A DNA stretch of 64,000 nt from Alphaproteobacteria bacterium (GCA_963422645.2 CAXXVO010000008.1:64001-128000), one strand, 5' to 3'. Shown: positions 23,745 through 38,849, counted from the first letter of the stretch. Notes: generated from the sequence alone by a model not told the origin. Translations and numbers: made by a program.

Positions 23745-23901
23745 ACTATAGAGGCCCGTCCCCGGCGATCAACGACGATTCGCCCTTGACAAGTATCTTG
23801 TGTCCCAACCAGACCTTCGGGCGACCGACTTGGGCACCCCAGGGGTCCACAATCGAGAAGTTGGGGGCGATGCTTGACCCCGGCATGGCCCCGACTACAC
23901 T
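23745..23901. promoter_or_regulatory. Divergent promoter region for yqeY-dnaG and carAB
   Basis: Minus strand TTGATC-N16-TATAGT (23772-23745); plus strand TTGACC-N16-TACACT (23874-23901). Confidence 0.4.
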
Positions 23902-23962
23902 GCGCCCAGCTTTGATTCGGACGGGGCGGCGGGGACGCGCGGCCGGTCCGCAGGAACCCTCA

Positions 23963-25114
23963 ATGTCAGGGACTGGATCGCCTACCGCCACTGCGGCGCT
24001 TGCGCTCGCCGACGGAACGGTCTTTCGCGGCCGCGGCCTGGGCGCGCGGGGCGAAGCTGTGGGCGAAATCTGCTTCAACACCGCGATGAGCGGCTACCAG
24101 GAGATCCTGACCGACCCCTCCTACGCCGGGCAGATCATCACTTTCACTTTTCCCCATATCGGCAACGTCGGAACCAACGAGGACGACCTGGAATCGGGGA
24201 CACCGGCGGCGCTCGGGCTCGTGCTCCGCGCCGATGTCACCGAACCCTCGAACTGGCGCGCCGTGCAGCACCTCGAAGGCTGGCTGGAGCGGCGCGGCCT
24301 CATCGGCATCGCCGGCGTCGATACCAGGCGGCTGACCCGCCTGCTCCGCGCAGGCGGCGCGCAGGACGGCGCGCTCGTGCACACCTCCGAGTCCGAGGCC
24401 GTCGACGAAGCCGCGCTCATCGCCAAGGCGCGCGCCTGGCCGGGGCTGGAAGGCATGGACCTTGCCAAGGAGGTCTGCTGCCGCCAGGCCTACGGCTGGA
24501 CGGAGACCACCTGGGACCACGAGACCGGCGCCTACGGCACTCTCGCCACGCCGCGCCACCGCGTGGTCGCGGTCGATTATGGCGCCAAGCGGAACATCCT
24601 GCGCTCGCTTGCCTCCTCCGGGTGCGAGGTCACCGTCGTGCCCGCCACGGCAGATGCAGACACGATCCTCGCTCACGAGCCGGAGGGAATCTTTCTCTCG
24701 AACGGGCCGGGGGATCCCGCCGCGACTGGCGAATATGCGGTGCCGATCATCGAGGGGCTGATCGCGAGCGGGCTGCCGATCTTCGGCATCTGCCTCGGCC
24801 ATCAGCTGCTCGCGCTCGCGCTCGGCGCTGAGACCAAGAAGATGCCCTTCGGCCATCGCGGCGCCAACCACCCGGTCAAGGAGCTCAAGACCGGGCGGGT
24901 CGAGATCACGAGCCAGAACCACGGCTTCGAGGTCATGGCCGATTCGCTTCCTGCGGGCGTCACGGCCACCCACGTCTCCCTCTTCGACGGCACGCTGGAA
25001 GGGCTCGCCGTCGACGATCGGCCGATCTTCTCGGTCCAGTACCATCCGGAAGCGTCGCCCGGCCCGCAGGATGCCCAGCATCTCTTCGCCCGGTTCGTGG
25101 CACTGATGGGCTGA
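23963..25114 (+). CDS. carA: Carbamoyl-phosphate synthase small subunit
   Basis: [36 protein letters not shown]. Confidence 0.97.
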   Translation: MSGTGSPTATAALALADGTVFRGRGLGARGEAVGEICFNTAMSGYQEILTDPSYAGQIITFTFPHIGNVGTNEDDLESGTPAALGLVLRADVTEPSNWRAVQHLEGWLERRGLIGIAGVDTRRLTRLLRAGGAQDGALVHTSESEAVDEAALIAKARAWPGLEGMDLAKEVCCRQAYGWTETTWDHETGAYGTLATPRHRVVAVDYGAKRNILRSLASSGCEVTVVPATADADTILAHEPEGIFLSNGPGDPAATGEYAVPIIEGLIASGLPIFGICLGHQLLALALGAETKKMPFGHRGANHPVKELKTGRVEITSQNHGFEVMADSLPAGVTATHVSLFDGTLEGLAVDDRPIFSVQYHPEASPGPQDAQHLFARFVALMG

Positions 25115-25131
25115 GGGCAGGCGCACGCACG

Positions 25132-28398
<3,267 letters not shown>

Positions 28399-28471
28399 CG
28401 CCGGCAGCGGGGAATCATCGACAGGCTCGGGAGGGGACGCGCCCCGGATTCGGGCGCGCGGCGGTCCAGCG

Positions 28472-28942
28472 ATGGACAGACACTTAATTACGCCCGAGGG
28501 GCACAAGCACCTGAAGCAGGAGCTCAGCCGGCTCAAGGCGGAGCGACCCCGCATCGTGCGCGAGATCGCAGCCGCCCGTGAGCACGGCGACCTGTCGGAG
28601 AACGCCGAGTATCACGCCGCGAAGGACCGCCAGGGCCTCACCGAGGCGCGCATTCTGGAGCTGGAAGCAAAGCTCGGAGGCGCCGAGGTAATCGACACCA
28701 GCACGCTCTCCGGTGATCGCGTGCAGTTCGGTGCAACGGTTTCCATCGTCGACGAGGACACGGAAGCAGAGAGTACCTACCAGATCGTCGGCGCCGACGA
28801 GGCCGACGCGAGCGAGGGCCGGCTCTCTATCACCTCGCCGTTGGCGCGCGCGCTGGTCGGCAAGTCTGCCGGCGATTCCGTGGAGCTCGAGACCCCCGGC
28901 GGGCGCCACACCTACGAGATCACCGCCGTCTCCTACGGCTGA
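28472..28942 (+). CDS. greA: Transcription elongation factor GreA
   Basis: HGDLSENAEYHAAK, SPLARAL; follows carB. Confidence 0.96.
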   Translation: MDRHLITPEGHKHLKQELSRLKAERPRIVREIAAAREHGDLSENAEYHAAKDRQGLTEARILELEAKLGGAEVIDTSTLSGDRVQFGATVSIVDEDTEAESTYQIVGADEADASEGRLSITSPLARALVGKSAGDSVELETPGGRHTYEITAVSYG

Positions 28943-28944
28943 GC

Positions 28945-28962
28945 CTTGCGGGTCCCCGCAAG
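28945..28962 (+). terminator. Hairpin downstream of greA
   Basis: CTTGCGGG-TC-CCCGCAAG. Confidence 0.35.
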
Positions 28963-29267
28963 CGGCGGAAGAAATCCATCTCGCCGATCATTTGCGGGAT
29001 GGTGAACGCGCGCAGGACGCCGTCGAACTTGAAGTGTGTGGTCGCCAGCGGTGTCGGCTCTTGCCCCCGCTGGAATTCGCACGACCAGACACTGTGACTG
29101 TCGTAGAGCGTGTGGTCCTGATAGCGACACTGCCTTTTGTCGTTTGTCACGAAGGCGTCGCCCAGGACCCAGCGATGCTGAAAAGGAAAGCGATAGAGCT
29201 CGTTTTGCACATCGAGCCCAACTTTCCAGTTCGCGCGCTCCTCCACGCGGTAGGTCTGTACCCTCGG
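28963..29267 (-). pseudogene. Fragment resembling the catalytic domain of a Rieske ring-hydroxylating oxygenase alpha subunit
   Basis: YRVEERANWKVGLDVQNELYRFPFQH fits the NWK...D..E.YH.P..H pattern with His replaced by Arg; no Rieske domain present. Confidence 0.4.
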
Positions 29268-30309
29268 CTTAGCGGCCCTGCAGCGTCAGGCCAGAGAGGT
29301 CGATGTCCGGATCACGGCCGCAGATGAGGTCCGCCACGATGCGGGCCGATCCGCAGGCCATCGTCCACCCGAGATGACCGTGACCGGTATTGAGGTGCAG
29401 GCCTTCGATGGGCGTCGGGCCCAGATAGGGGCAGCCGTCCGGCGTCACTGGCCGGAGGCCGGTCCAGCCCTCGCCAGCCGCCCGGTCCGGATAGTCGGGA
29501 AAGAGAGAGAAAAAGAAGTCCTGAAGATGGCGGATACGATTCGGATTGAGCGTCGTATCGTAGCCCGCGAACTCCGCAGTGCCGGCGACGCGAATACGAT
29601 CGCCGATGCGGACGACCCCCACTTTATATCCCTCATCGGAAAAGGGAATGAGGGGCGCTGCGTTCCAGTCGCCCACGGGGAACGTGACCGAGTAACCCTT
29701 GACCGGATAAATCGGAAGCCTGATGCCCAGCCCACGCAGTTGGGCGGCGCTGCCAGTGCCCAGGGCCACGACGCAGGCATCCGCGTCCAATCGCCCGGCG
29801 TCGGTCCGTACTCCCGAGACTTTGCCCCCAGCCAGATCGATCGCTTCCACCGTCTCGCCGTAGCGAAACGCCACCCCGTTTGACGCGCATTCCTGTGCCA
29901 GCCCTTGGGTAAAGACGTGTGCGTCTCCGGCTTCGTCGTCGGGGTAGTGAATGCCACCGGCGATCCGGTCCGCCTGATCCCTCAGCGCAGGTTCCAGCGC
30001 GACACATTCCTCGGGATCGAGCGCATGCAGTCGCACCCCAAGTTCCTGCAGCATGTCGGCTGCCATGCGGGTCTTCTGCACGGACAGCCGGTCGCGAAGC
30101 AGCCGCAGCGTTCCGCGGGCATTGGCGTCATAGTCGATGCCGGTCTCCTGGACGAGCCGGTGCAGACATTCACGACTGAAGCTGCTCAATCGAAGAGTGT
30201 TACGGGTGTTTCTGCGCCAATGGCCGTCCTGGCACTGGCGAACGAACTTGATCCCCCAGGAGAGGAGGCCCGGCACCGCACCCAATCGGACCAGCATGGG
30301 TGAGTTTTC

Positions 30310-32198
30310 GTAACTGCCCAGGTCGTCTGATTTGTCATTTTGGGCCAGTGGATTGAGGCGTTTCTCGTTCGGAGTTGGTGGAAAGGGCTTGACGGGAATT
30401 TCGGGAAATGACTCAACAACGACATGAGCAATCCCGAGTCGCCGCGCGGCCCTTCGACGGGAGCAGCGCCCGAAACGCCCGCGCAGAAGATCGCCCGCCT
30501 GGAGGAGGAGAACGCCCGGCTTCGGGAGGAAAATGCCTGGCTTCGGCAGCAGAACGCGCGGCTGGAAGAGCAAGTCGCGCGTCTCGTCGAGCGCATCGAG
30601 GAGTTGGAGCGCCGTCTCGGCCTCAACAGCGGCAACAGCGTCAAGCCGCCTTCGAGCGATGGGCTGAGGAAGCCGAATTCGAAGCGGCGAACCCGAAGCC
30701 TGCGCGGCAAATCGGGCCGCAAGCCCGGTGGCCAGCCCGGCCACAAGGGCAAGACGCTGCGCCGCGCCGATCACCCGGATCGGGTGAAGGATCACGTCCC
30801 GGCTTCCTGCAAGGGATGCGGTTCGCCGCTTTCGGACGCGGCCAGGGCGGGAACGCCCGTCGCCCGCCAGGTGTTCGATCTGCCCGAGCCGAGCCCCCTG
30901 GAGGTGACCGAGCACCGGGCGCATGCCAAGTGCTGCGGGCATTGCGGGACGGTGACCCGGGCGGCGTTCCCCGACGGGGTGTCGGCGCCGGTGCAGTACG
31001 GCCCGCGCATTGCCGGGGTGGCGGTCTACCTTCAGCACGCTCACTTCCTGCCGGAGGATCGGCTGTCGCAGGTGATGGCCGAGCTCTTCGGCGCGCCGGT
31101 GACGGCTGCGACGTTGGCGACGATGAGCGAGAGGGCGGCCGAGCGGCTTGCGGGACGCGGCCTTGCACATACAGGACCTGGCGGCGGGCACGGCGCGGGT
31201 GAAACACATGGACGAGACCGGCTTGCGGATCGGCGGTCAGACGCAGTGGCTTCATGTGATCTGCACGCCGCTGCTGGCGGCGTACCGGGTCAGCGGCAAG
31301 CGCGGCGCCCTGCTCTCGGGTGTCTCCGGCATCGTCGTGCACGATCACTGGAAGCCGTACTTCGCGATGGAAGGGGTGGAGCACGGCCTGTGCAACGCCC
31401 ATCACCTGCGGGAGTTGCAGGCGCTGGTGGACATCGAAGGGGAGGCTTGGGCCCGGCGGATGCAGCAGCTCCTGCGCCGAGCCAATCGCGCCGCCCGCAT
31501 CGCGCTGGACAAGGATATCGCCGTTCCGGCGAGGCTTGTGGCGCTGATCGAGCGCCGATACGACGAGGTCATCGCCGATGCGCTGGCCTTTCACGAGAGC
31601 CAACCACCGTTCTCGCCTGGCAAGAGGAAGAAGCGCCGGAAGCGAAGGATCGGTCACAATCTGGCCTTGAGGCTGCGCGACCACAAATGCGCGGTGCTCC
31701 GGTTCCTGATCGACCTCGAGGTCGGGTTCACGAACAACGAGGCCGAGCGCGACCTTCGGATGATGAAGCTGCGCCAGAAGATCTCCGGGGGCTTCCGGTC
31801 CGCGCAGGGGGCCGAGAACTTCGCCATCCTGCGCAGCGTCATCACCACCGCCAGAAAGCAGGGCTGGAATATCATCGAAGCCCTGACCAGCCCATCGGAT
31901 CGGCTCATCGCCACCGTCAAGTGCGCGTAAGCTCACCTGGCACGGGTTCTCCAACAGCGGAGCCATTCTCATAAACGATCATGGTCGACGCCGTGCTGGA
32001 CCACCCCATAGAATGAAAATCGGTGCCCGTCGCGCGGGCGGACTTCGGGCCACATCGGGGTAGCTTACCGGTCGCAGTCCGCAAGAGGGGCATCGTGAGC
32101 TGTGAAACCCGGCGACCACAGAGGAGCACACGGGCGTCGCGTGGGTAGCGTTGTGCCGAATCCCAGAGAATTTTCACAGCAAGAACCTGGGCAGTTAC
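30310..32198 (+). mobile_element. IS66-family (ISBst12-like) element, copy 1 (1889 bp)
   Basis: TIRs GTAACTGCCCAGG / CCTGGGCAGTTAC; 8-bp TSD GAGTTTTC at 30302-30309 and 32199-32206. Confidence 0.95.
30424..31930 (+). pseudogene. IS66 transposase with +1 frameshift near 31147
   Basis: Coiled coil, KPPSSD and Cys zinc motifs in one frame; HMDETG, CNAHHLR and TNNEAERDLR in the +1 frame. Confidence 0.85.
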
Positions 32199-32544
32199 GA
32201 GTTTTCCCGCCCCAGCCACTTGACCATCAACAGGGGTGTCCCCGGCGATGCCCAAGGGTCCGACATGCTCGGCGTGATGAGTCCTCCGTTGGCGAACGAG
32301 GTCTCGAGCGCCGGCGCATGCCGGCGTTCGATGAGGGTGACCCCGCAGCCGCTCCGCGCGAGAAACCAAGCCGACGTGACTCCGACGACGCCGCCACCCA
32401 GCACCACGACGTGTCGTGCCGACGCCATTCAGTTCTCTCCCAATTGAGCGAGTCCTATCGTACCCCAATCGCGTCCCATTCCCCGCCTAGTTTCCTCGGA
32501 ACTTGACGTGCTAAATCCTCGGCTATTTTGAAGGAACTTTTGGG

Positions 32545-34433
32545 GTAACTGCCCAGGTCGTCTGATTTGTCATTTTGGGCCAGTGGATTGAGGCGTTTCT
32601 CGTTCGGAGTTGGTGGAAAGGGCTTGACGGGAATTTCGGGAAATGACTCAACAACGACATGAGCAATCCCGAGTCGCCGCGCGGCCCTTCGACGGGAGCA
32701 GCGCCCGAAACGCCCGCGCAGAAGATCGCCCGCCTGGAGGAGGAGAACGCCCGGCTTCGGGAGGAAAATGCCTGGCTTCGGCAGCAGAACGCGCGGCTGG
32801 AAGAGCAAGTCGCGCGTCTCGTCGAGCGCATCGAGGAGTTGGAGCGCCGTCTCGGCCTCAACAGCGGCAACAGCGGCAAGCCGCCTTCGAGCGATGGGCT
32901 GAGGAAGCCGAATTCGAAGCGGCGAACCCGAAGCCTGCGCGGCAAATCGGGCCGCAAGCCCGGTGGCCAGCCCGGCCACAAGGGCAAGACGCTGCGCCGC
33001 GCCGATCACCCGGATCGGGTGAAGGATCACGTCCCGGCTTCCTGCAAGGGATGCGGTTCGCCGCTTTCGGACGCGGCCAGGGCGGGAACGCCCGTCGCCC
33101 GCCAGGTGTTCGATCTGCCCGAGCCGAGCCCCCTGGAGGTGACCGAGCACCGGGCGCATGCCAAGTGCTGCGGGCATTGCGGGACGGTGACCCGGGCGGC
33201 GTTCCCCGACGGGGTGTCGGCGCCGGTGCAGTACGGCCCGCGCATTGCCGGGGTGGCGGTCTACCTTCAGCACGCTCACTTCCTGCCGGAGGATCGGCTG
33301 TCGCAGGTGATGGCCGAGCTCTTCGGCGCGCCGGTGACGGCTGCGACGTTGGCGACGATGAGCGAGAGGGCGGCCGAGCGGCTTGCGGGACGCGGCCTTG
33401 CACATACAGGACCTGGCGGCGGGCACGGCGCGGGTGAAACACATGGACGAGACCGGCTTGCGGATCGGCGGTCAGACGCAGTGGCTTCATGTGATCTGCA
33501 CGCCGCTGCTGGCGGCGTACCGGGTCAGCGGCAAGCGCGGCGCCCTGCTCTCGGGTGTCTCCGGCATCGTCGTGCACGATCACTGGAAGCCGTACTTCGC
33601 GATGGAAGGGGTGGAGCACGGCCTGTGCAACGCCCATCACCTGCGGGAGTTGCAGGCGCTGGTGGACATCGAAGGGGAGGCTTGGGCCCGGCGGATGCAG
33701 CAGCTCCTGCGCCGAGCCAATCGCGCCGCCCGCATCGCGCTGGACAAGGATATCGCCGTTCCGGCGAGGCTTGTGGCGCTGATCGAGCGCCGATACGACG
33801 AGATCATCGCCGATGCGCTGGCCTTTCACGAGAGCCAACCACCGTTCTCGCCTGGCAAGAGGAAGAAGCGCCGGAAGCGAAGGATCGGTCACAATCTGGC
33901 CTTGAGGCTGCGCGACCACAAATGCGCGGTGCTCCGGTTCCTGATCGACCTCGAGGTCGGGTTCACGAACAACGAGGCCGAGCGCGACCTTCGGATGATG
34001 AAGCTGCGCCAGAAGATCTCCGGGGGCTTCCGGTCCGCGCAGGGGGCCGAGAACTTCGCCATCCTGCGCAGCGTCATCACCACCGCCAGAAAGCAGGGCT
34101 GGAATATCATCGAAGCCCTGACCAGCCCATCGGATCGGCTCATCGCCACCGTCAAGTGCGCGTAAGCTCACCTGGCACGGGTTCTCCAACAGCGGAGCCA
34201 TTCTCATAAACGATCATGGTCGACGCCGTGCTGGACCACCCCATAGAATGAAAATCGGTGCCCGTCGCGCGGGCGGACTTCGGGCCACATCGGGGTAGCT
34301 TACCGGTCGCAGTCCGCAAGAGGGGCATCGTGAGCTGTGAAACCCGGCGACCCCAGAGGAGCACACGGGCGTCGCGTGGGTAGCGTTGTGCCGAATCCCA
34401 GAGAATTTTCACAGCAAGAACCTGGGCAGTTAC
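32545..34433 (+). mobile_element. IS66-family element, copy 2 (1889 bp)
   Basis: Same TIRs; TSD CTTTTGGG at 32537-32544 and 34434-34441; lies in the dadA/ridA intergenic region. Confidence 0.95.
32659..34165 (+). pseudogene. IS66 transposase with the same +1 frameshift (near 33382)
   Basis: Split ORFs equivalent to copy 1. Confidence 0.85.
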
Positions 34434-34592
34434 CTTTTGGGAATGGGATTTCAATTCCGGCATCAATGATCGAGATGACAGTCGGCATACGCATTTGTAA
34501 GGTTTGCCCGAAGACGCATTTTCTCCCATGCCACGTGCGACCGCGACGCAAGGTCGGCGCCGGTCCCACACGTCCGAGAAGAGAGGATCCCC

Positions 34593-34988
34593 ATGGCAGC
34601 ACCGATCTTTCATATGGCAGCCGGCGCACCCACGCCCGTCGCCCCCTTCAGCCACGCGGTGGAAGCCGACGGCTGGGTCTTCGTCACCGGTCAGATGCCG
34701 AACGACCCGAACGACGAGGCCGCGCCCCTCCCCGCCGGCATCGAATGCCAGACCCGGAACGTCATGGCCAATCTCAAGGTCGTGCTTGCCTCCCTCGGCC
34801 TCGGCTTTGAGCACGTCATCGTCGCGCGGGTCTATCTCACGCACTTCAAGGAGGACTACGCGGCGATGAACGCGGTCTACGAGACCTACTTCGATCCTGA
34901 ACGGCGCCCGGCGCGCACCTGCGTGGGCGTCACCGGGCTCGCCCTCGATGCCCGTATCGAGATCGACCTGCTGGCACGACGGCCGTAG
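34593..34988 (+). CDS. RidA/YjgF family protein
   Basis: PFSHAV, VTGQMP, MNAVY, RPARTCVGV, IEID. Confidence 0.9.
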   Translation: MAAPIFHMAAGAPTPVAPFSHAVEADGWVFVTGQMPNDPNDEAAPLPAGIECQTRNVMANLKVVLASLGLGFEHVIVARVYLTHFKEDYAAMNAVYETYFDPERRPARTCVGVTGLALDARIEIDLLARRP

Positions 34989-35133
34989 CCCGCGAATACG
35001 ATCCGCGCCATGGCGTGCATCCCTTGGACCGATGGTGGTGCATCGGCTATGACGGGCGCAGCGAAGAGACGCAGACGCACACTTGGCCCGGACGCGGACG
35101 TTTCAACGGTCCGGCACAGCAAGGGAGACATCG

Positions 35134-35778
35134 ATGGAAATTATCGCTGATCCGATCACCGTGAACTGCCGCAAGGTCCTCGCGGGCCTCAAGCTGACCG
35201 GCGCGGACTACACGCTGACCAAGGTCGACTATTTCAAGGGCGAGCAGAAGAGCCCCGAGGTTGTGGCGATCAATCCGAACGCCACGATCCCGGTCATGCG
35301 CGATGGCGACCTGGTCCTCTGGGAATCGAACTCGATCTTGCAGTACGCCGCCGACAAGGTGGGCAATGCGAGCGCGTATCCGACCGACCTGAACACCAGG
35401 GCCGACGTGAACCGCTGGCTTCTGTGGGAATGCGGGGCCTGGTTCCCGACCTGCTACATCCATCTGGTCGAGAACTGCGTGAAGCCGCTCCTGGGCGCCG
35501 AGACGGACCCCGCGGTGCTCGACGGCGAGGCGCCGAATTTCCACAAGCTCGCCGGCATCATGGATGCGCGCCTGGGCGGGAGCGCATACCTCTGCGGCGA
35601 TCAGCCGACCATCGCCGACGTGGCGTTGGCCGCGCCGATGCACCTCCATGCATGGGCCAAGCTGCCGCTCGACGACCATCCCAACGTCGTGCGCTGGATG
35701 ACGGAGGGAATCGAGACGCAGCCCTGGTGGAAGGCCACCCATGTGGGCGAGGGCTTTACGGCGTCCGAGGCGGCCTGA
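35134..35778 (+). CDS. Glutathione S-transferase family protein
   Basis: INPNATIPV, LWESNSILQY, YLCGDQPTIAD; RBS GGGAGA. Confidence 0.9.
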   Translation: MEIIADPITVNCRKVLAGLKLTGADYTLTKVDYFKGEQKSPEVVAINPNATIPVMRDGDLVLWESNSILQYAADKVGNASAYPTDLNTRADVNRWLLWECGAWFPTCYIHLVENCVKPLLGAETDPAVLDGEAPNFHKLAGIMDARLGGSAYLCGDQPTIADVALAAPMHLHAWAKLPLDDHPNVVRWMTEGIETQPWWKATHVGEGFTASEAA

Positions 35779-35884
35779 ACCGGGCGGGATGTCCGTCCGG
35801 CGAGGACAGGCTCCAAACAAGACCGGGCATCCGTGTCGCGGGTGCGGCCTCGCCGCGCGCCATTAGAACAGGACGGAGGCACGG

Positions 35885-36652
35885 GTGACCGACAGCGACC
35901 TTTCGGGGCGTGTCGCTCTGGTGACCGGTGGATCGCGGGGCATCGGCCGCGCGATCTGCCGGCGGCTCGCCAGGGCCGGCGCGTGGGTGGCGATCAACCA
36001 CTCGTCGAGCGACGAGGCCGCTCAGGAAACGCTGGCCAAGATCAGGGCCGATGGCGGAGAGGGCGGCGTCTACAAGGCCGACGTCTCGTCCTTCGACGCG
36101 ACCGATGCGATGTTCCGACGCATCGAGGCAGAGAGCGGCCCGGTCGACCTTCCGGTCACCAACGCCGGGATCGCCTCGTTCAAGGACGATGTCGATATGC
36201 CGGTCGATCTCTGGCGGCGGATCCTGTCGGTGAACCTGGACGGCACCTTTCACAGCGTGTGGCGCGCCAAGGCGGGCATGCTGGCCCGGGGCGACGGGCG
36301 CATCGTCTGCATCTCCTCGATCAACGGTCTGGCGCCGACCACGATGCAGTCCGACAGGCTGCTCGCCTACGGCACATCGAAGTCCGCCATCATCGGATTC
36401 TCGCGCAACTGCGCGGTCGCGTTCGGCCCGGCCATCCGCGTCAACTGCGTGGCGCCCGGCTTGATCGACACCGACATGACAAGCGGCATGAGCGACGAGA
36501 TGCGCCAACACATCATCGCAAGCACGCCCGCGGGCCGGACCGGCACGCCCGAAGACATCGCCGAGCTCACCCACTTCCTTCTCAGCGACGCCGCAGGCTT
36601 CATCACGGGCCAGACCTACGTCGCTTCCGGCGGTCTCGTCACACTGCCCTGA
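35885..36652 (+). CDS. SDR family oxidoreductase (FabG-like)
   Basis: [29 protein letters not shown]. Confidence 0.9.
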   Translation: MTDSDLSGRVALVTGGSRGIGRAICRRLARAGAWVAINHSSSDEAAQETLAKIRADGGEGGVYKADVSSFDATDAMFRRIEAESGPVDLPVTNAGIASFKDDVDMPVDLWRRILSVNLDGTFHSVWRAKAGMLARGDGRIVCISSINGLAPTTMQSDRLLAYGTSKSAIIGFSRNCAVAFGPAIRVNCVAPGLIDTDMTSGMSDEMRQHIIASTPAGRTGTPEDIAELTHFLLSDAAGFITGQTYVASGGLVTLP

Positions 36653-36719
36653 CAGGCTTTCGTCGCCTGTCGGCCTCAGGGAATCAGTCCTAGATCGTCA
36701 ACCTGTCGAAAGATCTCAG

Positions 36720-37142
36720 CTATCTCGACCGCCCCGGCATGCCCTCGTCCTTGGGAAGGTCCGGGTGCAGCAGATTCCAGGGCTGTGCGCTCGTTACGTA
36801 AATCTCCCGGCTCGGTTGGTACTTGCTCGGGTCGTCCAGGCTTCCCGCATAGAGCGCCCGGACCCCCTGGTGCGCCCCGTTGGTCAGGAAGAGCGGCGTA
36901 CCGCACGCGGGACAGAACGCCCGTTTCATAGAGCTTCCCGTATCCGAGGATCGTTCGAACCAACTCGGCTCGCCGCGTCGCAGAGAGAAATCGCTCTCCT
37001 TCACCACGATGACCGGCATGTAGGCGCCGCCGGTCGCCTGCTGGCAATGGGTGCAATGGCAGTTGCCCATGTAGCGCGGGGGAGCCGCACACTCGTACCG
37101 AATTGCGCCGCATGCGCACCCGCCGCCGAATGGGACTTCCAT
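36720..37142 (-). CDS. GFA (glutathione-dependent formaldehyde-activating) family protein
   Basis: GGCACGAIRY, CHCTHCQ, FCPACGT; ATG 37142 with RBS GGAGGAG. Confidence 0.88.
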   Translation of the reverse strand: MEVPFGGGCACGAIRYECAAPPRYMGNCHCTHCQQATGGAYMPVIVVKESDFSLRRGEPSWFERSSDTGSSMKRAFCPACGTPLFLTNGAHQGVRALYAGSLDDPSKYQPSREIYVTSAQPWNLLHPDLPKDEGMPGRSR

Positions 37143-37180
37143 TTTCGCTCCTCCCCTTGCGTCGCTGGCCGATCCTGGTG

Positions 37181-38290
37181 TCAGACCTCCGTCCGCACGG
37201 CGTCCGCCGCGAGTGGCGTGAGCCGCGCCGGATCGAAAGGCGCGAGGTCTACGTGGCTGCTCGCGCCGTCGGCGACCAGCTCGGCCACCGCCTCGCCCGT
37301 GGCCGGGGCGTTCAGCATTCCCCACACGCTGTGAGCGGTCGCCACGTAGGCGCCGTCCACGCCGGGGACGGCGCCGATGAGCGGCAACCCGTCCTCGACG
37401 ACGGGGCGGTAGCAGGCCTGCTCGGCCAACACCTCGGCGTCGCCGAGCGCCGGCGCGACCTGCGCCGTCATGGCGCGAAGACGAGCGGCGCCGCCCTCCT
37501 CCGGCGCCACCGCAGCGGGGTCCACCGGCAGTGGCGCCTCGCTGGAGAGGCCGCAGACGTAGGTCGTGCCGTCGGGCCGGGGATAGACCTCCGGCGAGGC
37601 GAAGTCGCCCGTCGCCGTCTCGAGTTCCACGAAGAGCGCGTGGGGCGACGGCTCGGGCGTGTAGCGAAAAACCACGCTGTGGCCCTTCAGGCCGTAGATC
37701 GCCGGCAGCGGCAGCCAGCGGCTCGCGAGCACCGACCATGGGCCCATGGCGATGACGACCGCGTCGCCTGCGACCTCCTGCCCGTCCACGATGGCGCCAC
37801 GCAAGGCGCGGCCCTCGCCGAACACGAGGCCGGTGACCGTGCCCATGAGCAGGCGCGTACCTGCCCCGATCGCCGCGCGCATCATGGCCTTGGTGAAGGC
37901 CGCCGGGCTGACCTGGGCCGTGGTTTCGCTGGTGCCGAGCTGGCGGTGGACGGCTGCGTCCTGCGCCAGCCAGCCGGGCCCGTCGAGCTGCCGGAAGGAG
38001 CCCACGTCCCGGCGCGCGCTGGCGACCACGCCGAGCGTGTCGAGCCTGCGGTAGCCCCACTCGTCGTCGATCGTCTCGGCAAGCTCGGCGTGCAGAGCGA
38101 AGCTGCGCCGCGCCAGCGGCTCGACCGGCGAGCCATCGCACCAGTCGAGCGCCAGGAACCCGCCCGACTTGCCCGAGGCCGCGTTGGCGATTCCGGTGCG
38201 CTCGATCACCACGGCCTCGATGCCGCGCTGTCCGAGGAAGTAGGCGATCGACGTGCCGATCACGCCGCCGCCGCAAATCAACACCCGCAT
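37181..38290 (-). CDS. FAD-dependent oxidoreductase (DAO/glycine oxidase family)
   Basis: GGGVIG, ASGKSGGFLA, QACYRP, HSVWGMLNAPATG. Confidence 0.88.
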   Translation of the reverse strand: MRVLICGGGVIGTSIAYFLGQRGIEAVVIERTGIANAASGKSGGFLALDWCDGSPVEPLARRSFALHAELAETIDDEWGYRRLDTLGVVASARRDVGSFRQLDGPGWLAQDAAVHRQLGTSETTAQVSPAAFTKAMMRAAIGAGTRLLMGTVTGLVFGEGRALRGAIVDGQEVAGDAVVIAMGPWSVLASRWLPLPAIYGLKGHSVVFRYTPEPSPHALFVELETATGDFASPEVYPRPDGTTYVCGLSSEAPLPVDPAAVAPEEGGAARLRAMTAQVAPALGDAEVLAEQACYRPVVEDGLPLIGAVPGVDGAYVATAHSVWGMLNAPATGEAVAELVADGASSHVDLAPFDPARLTPLAADAVRTEV

Positions 38291-38448
38291 GCGCGCCTCG
38301 CGACGGCTGCATCCAACCGCATAGTGATCGACACCACCCTTCCGATCGGGCCAGCGAAGCGCAGCCTAACGCCCGCCCGGCTCCGGTTGCAAAGGCGGGC
38401 GCCTCGGCTAAAGTCGGCGCCCTTTCACCCACGGATGGACGGACGCTC

Positions 38449-38832
38449 ATGCTCAACCGCGAGGAACTGATCGCCCTCGTCGAGGACGCTTACTTTTCTA
38501 ACGTCGACAACAAGAACCTTGAGCCTGCGCTTGCGTGCTTTGCGGAAGACGCCGAGCTCCGCATCCAATCGGCGCACGTGAGCCACGTCGGCCACGATCA
38601 GATCGGGCGCATGTTCCAGGACTTCATGGCCGCGACGAAGATCATCTACCACGGCGACTTCAGCCACGTCGTCGACGTGGAGGATCAATGGATCGCCTCG
38701 CAGTTCGTCGCCCGCAACGACTACGACGACGGCCGTCACGTGGAAATGCGCAACTGCAACTTCTTCCAGATCGAAAACGATCGCTTCAAGCGCGTCACCA
38801 TCTACATGACCGACGAGAACCCGTTGGTCTGA
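38449..38832 (+). CDS. SnoaL/NTF2-like fold protein
   Basis: 127 aa; YFSNVD..NLE...CFAEDA pattern with C-terminal beta strands. Confidence 0.75.
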   Translation: MLNREELIALVEDAYFSNVDNKNLEPALACFAEDAELRIQSAHVSHVGHDQIGRMFQDFMAATKIIYHGDFSHVVDVEDQWIASQFVARNDYDDGRHVEMRNCNFFQIENDRFKRVTIYMTDENPLV

Positions 38833-38849
38833 CCGCGCTTCGCGGTAAT

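Larger units (their letters stand above)
29269..32428 (-). pseudogene. dadA: D-amino acid dehydrogenase interrupted by IS66 copy 1
   Basis: 5' part 32428-32199 ([16 protein letters not shown]) rejoins in frame across the TSD to the 3' part 30309-29269 (YPVKGYS, GLRPVTPDG, TGHGHLGWTMACGS). Confidence 0.9.

Noticed and set aside
29269-31209. 646-aa novel fusion protein
   Set aside because: Chance read-through from the IS66 antisense strand into the 3' half of dadA.
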